Below are positions 1 to 13,200 of a stretch of 64,000 nt of DNA, one piece after another (within the stretch, counting starts at the first letter, position 1; the number at the start of each line of letters is the position of its first letter). The notes under the pieces are model-generated. The model saw nothing but the letters and a program-made list of their open reading frames with translations. It had not been told where the DNA came from and made no database searches. The translations under genes were made by a program, and so were the position numbers. The stretch is from Dipteris shenzhenensis. Its lineage: Eukaryota. The DNA is taken from the NCBI GenBank assembly GCA_047967505.1, contig CM106538.1, one strand, 5' to 3'.

Positions 1-274
1 CACCTACAAGGCCTTTGTGTCTGCAGAGGACCTCCTCTGTTGAGTGATTGGAAAAATTTGCCCACCACACAGCTGATCATGAAGTGTACATTATAAAACA
101 TAGTAAGTAATAAACAATTAGACTCCGCATTCAAGTAGCAGCAGATGCTTGAATCCATGCAGAAGTATATAGCAGACAAAATATTCAAATATGCAGCAAT
201 GGCATGGTAGCAGAATATATACCTCGTAAGCAAGTAACATGCCCATGCCACTCCCCGCAACTCTCATGCACCTA

Positions 275-442
275 TCAATACTCTCCACACTTCCCCTCCA
301 CCGAAGGGATTTTTTTAATGACAATCTAACACTTGCCAACGTAATGATTGTCATATTGTACCATAGAAGAAGTAAAGGACATCTGTGCTATACATATGGT
401 ATTTTTGGATCTGCTCGTGGTCCAAAAGCTTACTGTAACTCA
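275..442 (-). pseudogene. Degenerate remnant of a DYW deaminase domain downstream of the PPR stop
   Basis: After EHAVWGL* a shifted frame reads DYDELQ*AFG (cf. HSEKLAIAFG), and the tract ends VEGKCGEY-TGA at 275-277 (cf. G.CSCGDYW). Confidence 0.45.
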
Positions 443-3289
443 TCATAATCCCCACACTGCATGTTCGATGTACTCATCTGACATTGGCTTGATCACAGAG
501 TCCAACCGTGGCCAATACCCTACCTTTTTCAATAGCTTATTCAAACTCTTCAGCTTAAAACAGATCTCATAAATCTGTGCGTGGCTGTTGCCTCCAACAA
601 TGAACTCATGCACATTGTTGTCAACCTCAATCCAGGCCATCCCAGGTTTCTTCCATGCACCTGCACTATTTCTAAGCTCTTGAATTTTTTGAATTTCCTC
701 CCAGATTTGAGAATCTGCATAAATGTTGGACATGAGCACATACCCAGAAGCATCAACTGAATCCAACTGAAGGACTTCATTGAAGCATCGTCTTGCAAGC
801 TCAACATTGCCATATGTCTGGCAGCTGGATAGCAGAGACATCCACACAATAAAATCTGGAAAACCTGGCATACTCTGAAGGTAATCTAAAGCCTCACTCA
901 AACATCCGTTACGGCCAAGAAGATCAATCATGCAGCTATAATGCTCCACATTAGGAGCTATGCCATGGACTTTCCTCATACAATTAAAAAACCACCGTCC
1001 TTCCTCCAGTTGGCCAGCATGGCTACAAGATGCAAGAATACTGGTGAATATCACATCATCTGGCTTCAGTCCTAGGTTTTGCATGTCATCCAAACATTGA
1101 CGGGCCAGCTTGAAGTTGCCAAACTGAGCATATCCAGAAATAATTGCACCCCACGATACCACATTTTGAAATGGCAATACATCAAACACTTTGCGTGCAC
1201 TATCAAGGTCACCGCATTTGGCATACATGTCAATAATAGCATTTCCAACGTTCATGTCAGTTTCAAATCCACTTCTGATGATCTGATCATGTATGAGCCA
1301 ACCCTGCTTGATGACTCCTATGCTCCCACAAGCTTTCAAAATGCACAAAAATGTGACTTTGTCTGGGTTCATACCATCATCTTGCATCCTCACATAGAGC
1401 TCAAGAGCAGCAACACCAAGCCCCTGCTGTGCATAGCTTGCAATCATTGAAGCCCATAAAACCACATCCCGATTAGGCAATTCATCGAACACATCCCGTG
1501 CCTCCTCCAGGCACTTACATTTTGCATACAGATCAACAATACAGCTCCCAATGACTACATCCAGCTCAAGTCCGAGACTGACAATCTGTTCATGTACCAA
1601 TCTGCCCTGGCATATTGCTCCTATGCTGCTACAAGCTTTCAAGATGCACGAGAAAGTCTCTTTGCTAGGCACCATTCCCTCAGCTTGCATTTTCTGGAAC
1701 AGCCCAAGGGCACATATGCCATCTCCTTGCTGGACATACCCTGCAATAATTGAACCCCATGAAACCCTATTTCGATTGGGCAGTTTCTCAAATACTCTGT
1801 GCGCTTCTTCCAGGCTCCCACATTTGGCATACATGTCAATCAGCGTGTTCCCAATGACAGAATGTGAAGCAAATCCATTTCTACTGACCTTATCATGTAT
1901 CAACCTGCCCTGCCATATGGCTCCAATCGTGGTGCATGCTTTCAACGCACACGAAAATGTTACCTCGCTTGGTGTTGTGCCCTCTTGTTGCATTCTCTCA
2001 AAAAGTTCAAGCGCAAGACCACCATCCCCATGCATGGTGTATCCTGCAATTATTGCACCCCACGAGACAACATCTCGTTCTGATAATTCATCAAACACTT
2101 TAAATGCCTCATCCAGGCTCCCACACTTTGCATACATGTCAACAAGAGCATTTCCAATAGCAGTATCTGAATTGAATTCAGACTTGATAATCTGGTCATT
2201 TATCAGCCTGCCCTGTTCTATGGCTCTTATGCTGCCACAAGCTTTTAAGATGCACAAAAATATAGCTTTGTCTGGCTCCTTCCCCCCCTCTTGTAGTTTC
2301 TGAAAAAGACCAAGAGCAGAAAGACCATGCCCGTGCTGGGCATATCCAGCCATCATTGCACCCCAGGACACCATGGTCCGCTCTGACAATTTGTCAAACA
2401 CTCTGCGGGACTCCTGCAGCTTACCATTCTCGGCATACACATTAACTATAATATTTCCAATGACTACATCTGCATCAAGGCCAGTGCTTATGATCTGGTC
2501 ATGTATTAACCTGATCTGTTCCATAACTCCTATGTTGCCACATGCTTTCAAGATGCCCAGAAATGTTACTTTGTCCGGCTGTATGCCTTCCTGTTGCATT
2601 TTCTTATAAAGTTCAATGGCAGACAGACCTTGCCCTAGCTTGGCACATCCAGATATAATTGCACCCCATGAAACCAAACTCCGTTTTGGCAATTTGTTGA
2701 AAACTTTGTGCGCCTCTTCTAAATTCCCACATTTCGCATACATATCAACAAGGGTATTCCCAACAACCACATCCAAATCGAGTCCAGTTCTGATAATGTG
2801 GTCATGTATCAACCGGCCCTGCCCTATGGCTCCTATGCTCGCACATGCTTTCAAAATGGACAGAAATGTGACTATGTCTGGTTTTATGCTCTCCTCCTGT
2901 AATTTGTGGTATAATTCAAGTGCCCTCTCACTTCCTCCAAGCTTGGCATGCGCTGAAATAATCGCATTCCATGTATATATGGTTGGTTTTGAAATCTTTA
3001 AAAATACCTGGTTTGCTTCGTGCAAACGTCCGCATGATGCAAACAGGCGGATAAGGTGGTCTCCCAAAACTGCAATCGAATCCAATCCCGTGCCAATCAT
3101 AAGAGAATGGACCCGTAGGCTAGCCGCCAGGTCCTTCTTTTTAGTGCATCCTTGCAAAAGGCAATAAATGATATCTCTTGTTATAGGTATCCCTCGCTGG
3201 AACATAAGTTCCACAGCTTGAAGAGCCTCGTCCAGCCGTTGGTATGTACATGATTTGCTCATGTCATAAAGAGGTCCAAAAGCTCGCAT
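443..3289 (-). CDS. PLS-class pentatricopeptide repeat protein with E/E+ domain (organellar RNA-editing factor type), intronless, 948 aa
   Basis: About seven ~101-aa PLS triplets (e.g. DVVVGNTLVDMYAKCG...VSWGAII...PDKVTFL), then PNVEHYSCMIDLLGR, E motifs (WMSLLSSC...GYVLMSNIY) and PG box KKPGMAWIEV. It stops before the HxE/CxxC deaminase motifs. An in-frame TGA at 3296-3298 bounds the ORF upstream. Confidence 0.93.
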   Translation of the reverse strand: MRAFGPLYDMSKSCTYQRLDEALQAVELMFQRGIPITRDIIYCLLQGCTKKKDLAASLRVHSLMIGTGLDSIAVLGDHLIRLFASCGRLHEANQVFLKISKPTIYTWNAIISAHAKLGGSERALELYHKLQEESIKPDIVTFLSILKACASIGAIGQGRLIHDHIIRTGLDLDVVVGNTLVDMYAKCGNLEEAHKVFNKLPKRSLVSWGAIISGCAKLGQGLSAIELYKKMQQEGIQPDKVTFLGILKACGNIGVMEQIRLIHDQIISTGLDADVVIGNIIVNVYAENGKLQESRRVFDKLSERTMVSWGAMMAGYAQHGHGLSALGLFQKLQEGGKEPDKAIFLCILKACGSIRAIEQGRLINDQIIKSEFNSDTAIGNALVDMYAKCGSLDEAFKVFDELSERDVVSWGAIIAGYTMHGDGGLALELFERMQQEGTTPSEVTFSCALKACTTIGAIWQGRLIHDKVSRNGFASHSVIGNTLIDMYAKCGSLEEAHRVFEKLPNRNRVSWGSIIAGYVQQGDGICALGLFQKMQAEGMVPSKETFSCILKACSSIGAICQGRLVHEQIVSLGLELDVVIGSCIVDLYAKCKCLEEARDVFDELPNRDVVLWASMIASYAQQGLGVAALELYVRMQDDGMNPDKVTFLCILKACGSIGVIKQGWLIHDQIIRSGFETDMNVGNAIIDMYAKCGDLDSARKVFDVLPFQNVVSWGAIISGYAQFGNFKLARQCLDDMQNLGLKPDDVIFTSILASCSHAGQLEEGRWFFNCMRKVHGIAPNVEHYSCMIDLLGRNGCLSEALDYLQSMPGFPDFIVWMSLLSSCQTYGNVELARRCFNEVLQLDSVDASGYVLMSNIYADSQIWEEIQKIQELRNSAGAWKKPGMAWIEVDNNVHEFIVGGNSHAQIYEICFKLKSLNKLLKKVGYWPRLDSVIKPMSDEYIEHAVWGL

Positions 3290-3899
3290 ACAAAATCAGA
3301 ACACCATCTTCGCAAAATGTGCTGACACCCAACTCAGTACCCAGGCAAACCCGCTTCAACAAGCAGCCATTTTTTAGTCCAGGTGTTCAGATCCTCATGC
3401 CTGGTACTCCAAAGCAGTCATCGTAATGTGACCCACTTTCATTTCACCCAATGCCAACTCGACGAAGCATCGATGCGCAGTGCCCAGCCTACAAAGTTGG
3501 ATCTGTAGCACTATGAGAGCACACACTAGAAATGCTCTCAAAACATAATCTGGCAAGAAATCTTCTCTTGAAGCAAAGAGATCATAACTCACGTTAGTAA
3601 GCCTTCTATCCTGGAAGACCCTGCACCTTAAGAGGGTCTGCTGCTGTGCCTCTCCATCTCTGTGGCTATTTCCTTTCAATTCATAGCGTGTCTTTCGGAC
3701 ATTTCTTGCAACTTCACCGAAGTGGCTTATGGTCTTGACTTTTGTCTATGAGCGAGACATAGGGGGGAAAACATTTTAATGATAACTAGATTTACCCCAG
3801 GCTGCCTTTCCATCATGATTCCTACTATTTTATCAATTTTAAAGCGAATGAGTAAATATGGTGGACATGAGACTTGACACACAGTCCGTTAGGACTCCA

Positions 3900-4560
3900 T
3901 ACTCCCTCCAAATGTTAGGGATTTTGTGATGTCCATATTTTGGAAGCTTAAGTCCAACAAATATATGAATAAGGCAAGACAATAACTCTTCCTCGTTGCA
4001 ATTTATACAATATTGTCGCATGGACTAGGACCGTATGAATAAAGGTGTAGTCATCCTTCAACCTTACATCCATCTTGGATTTCATTGCTCCCTCGCATCG
4101 ATAACATGCATTAAACGAGAAGAATGTTGTAAGAATTCTGATTGAAAACAAGAAATTTTGAATGGACGAGTAATTGAAAATATCTATATTATAATATAGC
4201 ATATATAATTATTATAACCACACATAGAATGGGCAGGGAGGCGGCGTGCTTTCTTTCCCAAAGAGTTATAATCCGAGGGAATGGGCCCTTCCTAGGGTGC
4301 TAAGATAGTGCCAAGAATATTAGCCCCGAGGATAAGTCTTACGAATGTATAAGAAACTGGCATATTACGTGAATGTCAATAGTCGTAATAGTAGTCGAAC
4401 GTCAGTAAAATCACTATGAGCTACATGATAGGCAAAATTCAGATTCTCGTCATCTTTTGGTGATTTCGTTGATCTTAGAGACAATATCCCAAAAACTTGC
4501 CAATGTGAGTCTGAGAGGATCTGCATGTGTCCTTGAGCGGGATGATTCAAACATTCTCAG
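3900..4560 (-). mobile_element. Possible decayed Ty3/gypsy integrase C-terminal fragment
   Basis: VRLKDDYTFIHTV loosely resembles the YRLxLP...IHPVFHV motif; heavily broken. Confidence 0.25.
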
Positions 4561-5561
4561 ATCGTTCAGTAGACTCTGGACAACACTAAAAGACAACTAT
4601 CATTAGAGGAAGACCGAAGTAGAGCACATAACATTCTCACTCTCCACTTAGCCAGCGTTTACGTGCCTCTCCAAAATGGGTTTTGAACACTGTAGTAGGT
4701 CGGACTTTTAGGCTTGTGAGAGGAGAGCATAAGGTCATCGATGGTGAGGCTCTCCAAAGCTTCACATGCCAAGGCTATGCCACGCTCGCCTTCATCTCTT
4801 CAAGGCCCTTGTTACACTTATGTGCTAGCACCTGCTTAAACACAAATCCATCTTGGCTACTTGCAGCTGCTTAACACCAAATCCTAGAGGCTGGTCGGCT
4901 TCCAACAACCTCACCGCAGTGTCTCCACATGATGCACAAAGTGATAGACAGATAGATAGATGGATTAGCATATTCCCATAGAGCTCTAATCATTCAATTG
5001 TCTCGCAACCTCAAATCTATAAACAAAGAATACCGAACGCACATCGACTAAGAGAGAATCTTACTTGGAATCTTGGTTGAAGACACTGTAAGCAACCAGA
5101 CCTCTCTACTGTTGCTTGAAGACAAAGACACTGTTGACAATCATGTGTTGGCTACGAATTATATAGATTTATATCTATGCTTTTCTCCCATCCTTTTGAC
5201 AAAAGCTTAACTATGCTTTTGCACCTTGCTTTTCACACTATTAGATTTGCTTGAAATCAATGCCCATTATTGTGACAAGTGGCTCAAGGAGAGCTCAAAA
5301 ACCTTAAACGTCCCCCTAGGTTGCCTGTGGCGGTATTGATGGGGTTATAATGATATTTTTGAGAATGCCCTTAAATAAGGGAGCAGCTTTTGGGCATTTG
5401 CCCATTTGAGGTAGTTGCGCACATCCGATTCTCTCATGAAGATGACCTCTGTAACCTATCACTGTAAGCAATACACAGTTGTGCTCCTTGTAGATGGCAA
5501 TGTTTGTGTGTGGGTATGTGAGTGGGAAAACATAAATAAACAATAGTGTACAACTGCATAT

Positions 5562-5840
5562 GGGCACTGCCTCCTAGTATAGTGACTAGTATAGTGATAA
5601 AGCAAGCACTTTTGGATGCAAAAGAGAAAGCAAAAGATTTTCTAAAGGGCGTTGGGTTATTAAAAGGAGATTTTTGCAAGATGATCTCCACACATGACAA
5701 TTTGAAACATACGGGCACTGCCTCCTAGTATAGTGATAACACAAGCACTTTTGGATGCAAAAGAGAAAGCAAAAGATTTTTTTAAGGGCATTGGGTTATT
5801 AAATTGTAAGATGATCTCCACACATGATAATTTGAAACAC
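5562..5840. repeat. Tandem duplication, two ~130-150 bp copies
   Basis: gggcactgcctcctagtatagtga...caagcacttttggatgcaaaagagaaagcaaaagatttt...aagatgatctccacacatga at ~5562 and ~5713. Confidence 0.85.
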
Positions 5841-7429
5841 GTGACTTGATTTTTTTTAAGTACAAATGGAAATTCACAAAGGAGTTTCAAAAATAAAAAA
5901 TCTCATTAGTGATAATTCACCAGTCATCGTAACGTGATTAACCTAAGTTAATGGCCCTATGAAATAATTAAGCTAAGTGTTAATCTCCTCTCCCAAAAAT
6001 AATTTCTCCCTCTCCTACAATCTCCCTCCCCCTTTCCAACGATCTGCCTCCCCCTTGCTTGCCATTTCCTTTCACGAGCCCTCTCTCTCCCTCTCCCTAT
6101 GTTCCACTTTGATAATGTATAAAGAGAAAGTTCAAATGGATCCCTTGATTCAATTTACTTGTTAAGCCGAGCTACAATTCACCGTGCCAAAAGAGCTAAC
6201 ACCTTCGCCCAATGAAACATTTGTTATAGAATTTCTAAAGGAGTCTCTCAAAGTCTTATTCATGAAAATTATAACTTTAACAAAAAGCTATCTCTGGTAT
6301 AGCTCGCTATCTCTCCATGTGACTCGTAAACTTGTCCATGATGCATTGATTTTAAAAACATACTCTAACTCGATAAAATTTCATCATGAGGATCACTTGC
6401 TTGAATAGAATTTTTCATTGACCACCTGAATGAGAGGCTACGGTTATCTCGATTCTAAATTGTGCCATCTGGTCTACAATTCACCATGCCAAGAGAGAGG
6501 ATGTCTTAGATGAAACAATCGTTGTAGAAGTCTCTAAAGTCTCCTCCAATTAGTTTGTGAATATATACTTTCTTCAACAATAACTTGCCACCTTTAACAA
6601 AAGTAATAAATCTCCTTGTGTAACTCATAAAGTTTTCCACAGTGCATTGATAGGAAAATGCTCCCTTAAAATATTGATTGCACTCTTGGTCTCTAAGGGT
6701 AGGCAATGCTCTTGCTCTTGAGGATTGCTTGCTCAAACAACAATTCTGGTTAGGCATCCCACTTGGTGTGAAATCCCCCACAATCTCAAATGCATCCATT
6801 ACTTTAAGTGTTCATAGATGCTATGCAAATAATAACTATACTACAAGCATGACATAAAGTTCGTAGTGTTTACTTAAAACCACACTCAAGTTTTTAAGTA
6901 TGCAATGTGATCTTTTTTATCTACTTGTACTATAATTCTTCTTTGCACCTCAAAATCCCTCCATATTCCTTTGAGCAATGGCTTTTATGATGTTATAGGA
7001 GATCGTATCATAAGTGCCATTCAAACTAAAAACGAATATTTCAAGGGATTGTTTCTTTAGCAATGTACTATGGAACAATTTTACGTGAGAAGATTGCTTC
7101 CTTTCATTGTGGCAAACCTTCTTTCTTTTCCTCCAAAATTAGATTTATTTACTGCTAGGTGGTAAGCCTAAGAAAAGAGACTAATATTATTAAATTGTGG
7201 CTAAAAATACAAGGATGGTGAATTGCCCTGTCCTACACTAGCATGATGATAGTACTCATTACATTTAGATGGGATCCCCTTCAAACGAAAAGAGGCTATC
7301 ACTTTACCCTTTCCTTTGACTAACATAGCTACATCCCAAACCAATACTATAGTAAGAGCCCGGATGGCTTCAACACAATAACCATATCCCAATTCTTACC
7401 TAAAACATGATTATTGCAAACTAACTAGC

Positions 7430-8450
7430 TCACATATAAGACACGGCCCCCTAGGAGCAGCTAGATAAACAATAGAATGGATGAGAATCCTTTAGGCACC
7501 CCCACTAATATGGACCTCCAATTCTTCTTCAAGTTAAGGCCATGCATCATGCCAACAACCCTAATTTCTCTCTCAATTCCAACCCATACCACCCTCACCA
7601 CTTCACATTTCCAAAAAAGGCGGAATAAGTCCTCCCTGGTCAGCTTGCATATAGGGCACACCTCACATCAATGTTTAACCATTTTTCGACGCTCGATCTC
7701 ATTAAAGGAGCTTCAACATCCCCTCCAAATATTGGAGGAGTGCTTTTTCCACACCACTTGGAGCTCCTATGTATACTCCACTCATTGTTCAATATCTCAC
7801 TTGTTGATTACTTGCCCAGTAAGCAACCATAGATTGCCTTGATCAAGCACTTGGCTAGATTTTCCATTTTCCATTGTCTCACTCTCTAGGAGTCATTCAA
7901 ACTGGTGAGATTGTCGAGCCGAGTCTACCACTTCACACGAGTCCTTTCTACTTTATAGACCCATAGCTCTAATTGAATCCATAACCACCATAGATGTTCA
8001 ATTGTGGTGTAAAAATTGCTCTACCATAAGTTTTCCCACAAGTTAGCATCCCCTCTAAGACCTAATCTCTCCATTGTAGAGAGCCTGCCATTAACTTCTA
8101 GGCAGCTACCAAACTAAACATCAAATTCAACCCCTTCATCTTCAATGGGAAAAACAAAAATAGCTTAACATACCATGATAATTAATTTCATACACTAATC
8201 ACCTTGACCACCCCCATTTTACTAAGCCAACTGGCAATTTCAAGCCATGGATCTCAAACATTCATCAATCTAGGTACCCATTTACCTTAACAGGGCCCAT
8301 ATATCAAGCGATGAGGAAAATTGAAATCACCCCTAGAATCTCCAGTTGGTTGATGCACCTGCATACTTAGAGTTGCTTTTGAGTCATGATGTTGCCTTCC
8401 ACTCATTAGACTACTTACATATTGAAGAGAGATGTAGAAGATAGTGTGCA
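7430..8450 (-). mobile_element. Decayed L1-like LINE ORF2 3' fragment
   Basis: zf-RVT-like CPICKLTREDLFRLFWKCEVVRVVW at 7461-7661; boundaries approximate. Confidence 0.55.
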
Positions 8451-9349
8451 CCTTGCCCAATGTTAGTGGCTACAAGGTTTGGATCTTTTGGATATTGGAT
8501 TCCCCTCGCAATCCATTAGATGAGATGATTGGTCATGTCATCCAAGGATCTAAGGAATTGCAGAAACCACTATTGCAATCAATTGAAAGCTATTTCTCTA
8601 ATAAAAAAGGAATGAAACTCGATAAGAATTATTCCCCCCAAGTTTTAGTAGTGGAATTTATTATTTTCATGTCTTCTTTCAACTAATATACTAAGAATTT
8701 AAAAATTATTTTCTCTCAAATTATATTTAAAGAAGAAACACTTGATTTGATAAGATTGAATAATTTAATGCTCGTGAAATTTAATAAGCCCAATCTTAGA
8801 TCTTTCGCATTGTTATATTTTTTTCATTGTTTTGAAACATCTTTTTGATAGAGTAATACTACTATGCAAGTGCATGTCAAAGGCTTTATATTCATCGTGT
8901 TGGCTCTTTCCCACGGCTTCCATGGGAAGAGCATGGTATTCTCAATATGCAGGGTTCTTAGGCTTTTTGTCACCTATAAATATATCAGTGTCGTCATTTG
9001 TAGTATAAGTGTAGCTTAGGACCTCGGGTCATATTTCAATAAGAGACGTAGGCTTAAGTGTGGTAAGCAAACATAGTGCCAGCATGTGTGAAAGGATCAT
9101 GCATCATCATGATTGGGGTAATGATGTATTTTGCCTTCATCGGGGGTTGAAGGGTTTAGCAAGAGTTTAAGGGTTAGAGGGAGCTTTACGGTTCAAAAGG
9201 AAGTTCCAAGGTTTACAAGGAGGTTCCAAGGTTTAGAAGAGGTTCAAGGTTCAGAAGGAGGATCCAAGGTTCAAGGTAGAGTACATGGCGGAGAACTCGT
9301 CTTCCTTGTAGATCATGGAGGTTAAGGGTTGAGGGACTAAGGGTTTAGG

Positions 9350-9582
9350 GGGAGCATAGGAGTGGAAGAGGAAGAAGGTGTAAGAGTAGGAGGGAGGAGG
9401 AGAGGGTGGAGAAGGGAGGAGGAGGAGGGAGGAGAGGGAGGAGGAGGAGAGGGGGGGAGGAGAAGGAGGAGAAGGGAGGAGGAGAGTTAGCAGAACGAAG
9501 GGAAGAGAAGGGAGGAGAGGAGGAGGAGGGAGGAGGAGAGGGAGAGGATGGGTTGCAAGGTTGGAGGAGAGGGGAGGAGGAG
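9350..9582 (+). repeat. Polypurine (GGA/GAG) low-complexity tract
   Basis: Almost pure G/A on the + strand. Confidence 0.85.
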
Positions 9583-9744
9583 TTACAAGGTTAGAACATG
9601 CTTTTGGACGTGGAGTGCAAGGAAGCATGGACACTTGGAGACAATTGCTTGGAATACCAAAGTAGAACTCAACACAATGCCCCAAAGAGTGTGGGCTTCA
9701 TTCCGTTATGGGGTATTTATACAAGTTGGAGAGCTTCTCTCTCT

Positions 9745-10060
9745 ACATGTAGGAATTGTAAGACATTCTCTCGATATATGTAGAACTTGCATGTAGGAGT
9801 TGCATGTAGAACTTGCATGTAGAACATGCATGTAGGGATTGCATGTAGGAGTTGCATGTTGCCCTCATGTTGCATGTAGAAATTGCATGTAGGAATCGTA
9901 TGTAGAACTTGCATGTAGAACATGCAAGTAGGAGTTGCATGTAGGAATCGTATGTAGAACATGCAAGTAGGAGTCGCATGTAGGACTTACATGTAGGAAT
10001 CGTATGTAGAACATGCATGTAGAACATGCAAGTAGGAGTTGCATGTAGGACTTGCATGTT
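9745..10060. repeat. Minisatellite of 11-13 bp units (GCATGTAGAACTT / GCATGTAGGAGTT / GCATGTAGAACAT)
   Basis: More than 20 degenerate copies of CATGTAG(A/G)A. Confidence 0.9.
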
Positions 10061-10249
10061 GAGGATTCCTAAGAGAGACTATTCCTAGCATTATGCAAGT
10101 ACAAGCGGAGCTTTGCCGCTTCTCTACACACACATTCTGTGCTACCTAAGTCCATGTTGGCACTTAGACAACATATCCGCGGATCCATTTTATTACCCAT
10201 CCTCGGGTTATGGCTTATTGTGATCGTGGAATTGGGATGCCATGCGCGT

Positions 10250-13200
10250 AACCCAGTGGTGGCTATGAAACTTCTGGCATGCTAGTCAATCCTGCTATAA
10301 AGCCTTAGCAATATATAATTTTTGCTTTGTTTTCAAGAAGCTTGTATCCACCATTTGTTCAAACTGAGATATGTGGCTTGCTTCTAAGAAGATTTCTTTG
10401 ATAGAGTTGGCTCATAGTCTGACCATTGATCCATTCATTAGGATTGAAATTGAGTGGAGGCAAATGGTGGTCAACGTGGCTAGGTCCTCCAGAATGTATT
10501 CCAATGTTTTGCTGAAGATAGCACTTTGGCTAAGGATGCGGTCAATGTTCCCGATTCTCATGCCATTGAAGTGCTTGGATCAATGTGCCTTGAATGTTTC
10601 ATTCTACACCAAAGTATGGCTCGATCATTGGCCAATTGATGGTGCAATTCTCACCCAAAGTGTGTATGTTGGCCTCCCATATGTGACGTCGTGGAATTGC
10701 AAAGAGGTTGGGATGGGTTCTGAGACATGGAGGTGCCTGCACGTACTCTTTTAAGAAAATTACATCAAGGAGTTTGGAGCGGCAACAATAAGGTTGGGGA
10801 TCCAATTTGCTGACCCAAGCTTCACTAATTTGATGTTGACGAAGGTTGGTAGGGAAGTTGTCCAAGGTCCTGTCTAAGGTCCATCCACCTCGAGTTTTCA
10901 TATTAGGATATTTGCTCCAAAAATCCTTGATGGGGTTACTAGGAAGTGGTATCGCATCAAAATCATACCAATAATTGGAATTTGGCATGGGAGTACGAAT
11001 TGGATTATCTGGATCTTGATATTCAAAATCAAATATTGGGTCATTTTTTGCTGATGGCAGCACAAGTAGGTCGGAGGCGATGGCGAGGCAAGAAGAGAAT
11101 CTAGGGACGACATGGGGAATAAATATGGAAGAGTGTTAGTTGTGGGAGGGGAATCAGAGGGGAGGGAGGGAAGAACTGAGAAAATGGTTTGAGCAGGTTG
11201 GTAATCCTTGAGGGTAGGATTAGCAAGGGAAGGGGGGCAGGTTCTTGTGGTACTATGGGCTTTTGACTTGACAGGAGAACTAGGTCTAGGCAACACTACA
11301 GGTGCTACGCTTGGTACAATGACTTCTGATGGTGCTCACATGGGCATGGAGGAAGGTTCTTGTGTAACTACCCCACTTTTAGGGGTCAGTTCTTTTGTTG
11401 CTCCCTTGATGAGCTTGAAGACTTTCTCCTTGAGTTGTACTATACATGGGATCGTGATACTCCTTGGGCTCTCAAAATGGTCCATCGCATTGGGTTTGAG
11501 GGTAGGTTCTTGTGGGATTGCCTCAAGAGTTGATGCAGGTCCTTGTGTTACTACCTTACAAATTCCAGTGGTGTGAGTTTGTGTATTCTGTGTTGTTAGA
11601 AGCTTTAGGACCCGAACATATCGCTCACCTAGATTGATACTCTAGATGACCAAAGTATTGATTCATAGTTGAGCACCTCTTTTTTAGACATATTGATATC
11701 CCCCAAGCAATGAGATCCAAATCCTTGCGTCATGAGGTGACCAATTCACACCACCCCACTGATTTAGCCATCCTAGCATGCTAAGTTAGTGCCCTATTTG
11801 ATGCAATCACCCTGACAAGTGCCAATGTTTTTTTAGGGTTGTGGAACACTTTATTAGATGTATTCATACCCCCCAAGCACTGAGATTCAAATAATTGCAT
11901 CATGTGGTGGCCAATACACATCCCCCACTGACTTAGCTAGCCCAGCGTCTTAACAAGCTAAGTCAACATCCTATCTAGATGGAAGCCCTCCTAAAGGATG
12001 TTTCATCCAAGGTGGTATGACCTGGGGCATCCCTAACTGTGCAATTCATATGATGACATCATATGAACATTTTGGGCTCCATTCTATCCCAATGCCCTAC
12101 GATGCAAAGTTAACAGCCTGATAGGCTATTCTTGTGCATGACTTGTTTTTTATTTTGCTTTATCTATTGTTGACTTGAACTTATGTACTTACTTCCAGTG
12201 GCAAGTCTAGCTTGTCACACTTGAGTAGGGAGTAATTAGGAGAGGGCAATGGGTTTCCTTGAGCCAAGCTAGGTTAGCTACCATCCGATTATGTGTTGAG
12301 GACCCTAGGTTGTACCAATATCTGAAAGTTAAGTGCTAAGGATACTTCTTAGGTTGTATAAAGAGTGTGGGGATTGACAGATGGTACCTTATGACCTGAC
12401 CTTCTAGAGTTTCACCCTAGGGCACTAGGATAGGACTATCCCAACATGATGATGTGCATGGGACACAACCAGAGAATAGTGAGTGAGTAATGTAAAGTTC
12501 CAAATGTATATTCTAGGATTTAGTAAGAGTGTGGGTATTGACAGTGGGGACCCTATGACATGAATTGCTAGACCTTGTGACCCTATGACATTATAGTGTA
12601 GTAAGAGTGTGGCGATTGATAGTGGCACTAGGATAGGCCTATTCCAGCGTGATGTTACTTTTGGGACCCTAGTGCACTAATCAAGGTGGACTAGTGCTCA
12701 TACATTGTCATAAGGGTGTGAATTTTTGATGTTAGTAGACACTGGAAGAATCATCAAATGAATGGACTGACTAGGGGGTAAGCTGAGATAGATGACTTGG
12801 ACATTAAGACTCCTAGACTCAAGATCTATACATGCATAGACCTAGTAGACTAACTAAGTTTTATGTAGACCTTGGGATAGATTGACTTAATGCATGTAAG
12901 GTTCTTTCAATAAGTGAGATCCTTGGGATAGAAAGAGTGGATGTGATGCTGGCTTGTCCTAGACCTAGTAAATTGGTCAAGATTGTAGTAAGGTTGCATA
13001 ACTTCTTGACAACCATGAGGAGAATGAGTCGAATGTCTCCACTATCTGGGTCTTCATCATAATTTGGTGATTGTTGGAAACAAATGTCATTAAGAAATCA
13101 ATGAAGACTTTCCAACAAATGTGCAGATTTTGTCTACATTTGCAGCAACATTGCCTTAAGATCTTTAGGTTCTTCCAACATAGTAGGTTCTAGGAGCAGG

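Noticed and set aside
1079-3167. Long + strand ORFs overlapping the PPR gene
   Set aside because: Antisense shadows of the repetitive PPR coding frame.
9251-10057. Pro/Leu-, Gly/Glu- and Cys/Met-rich ORFs
   Set aside because: Translations of the polypurine tract and minisatellite.
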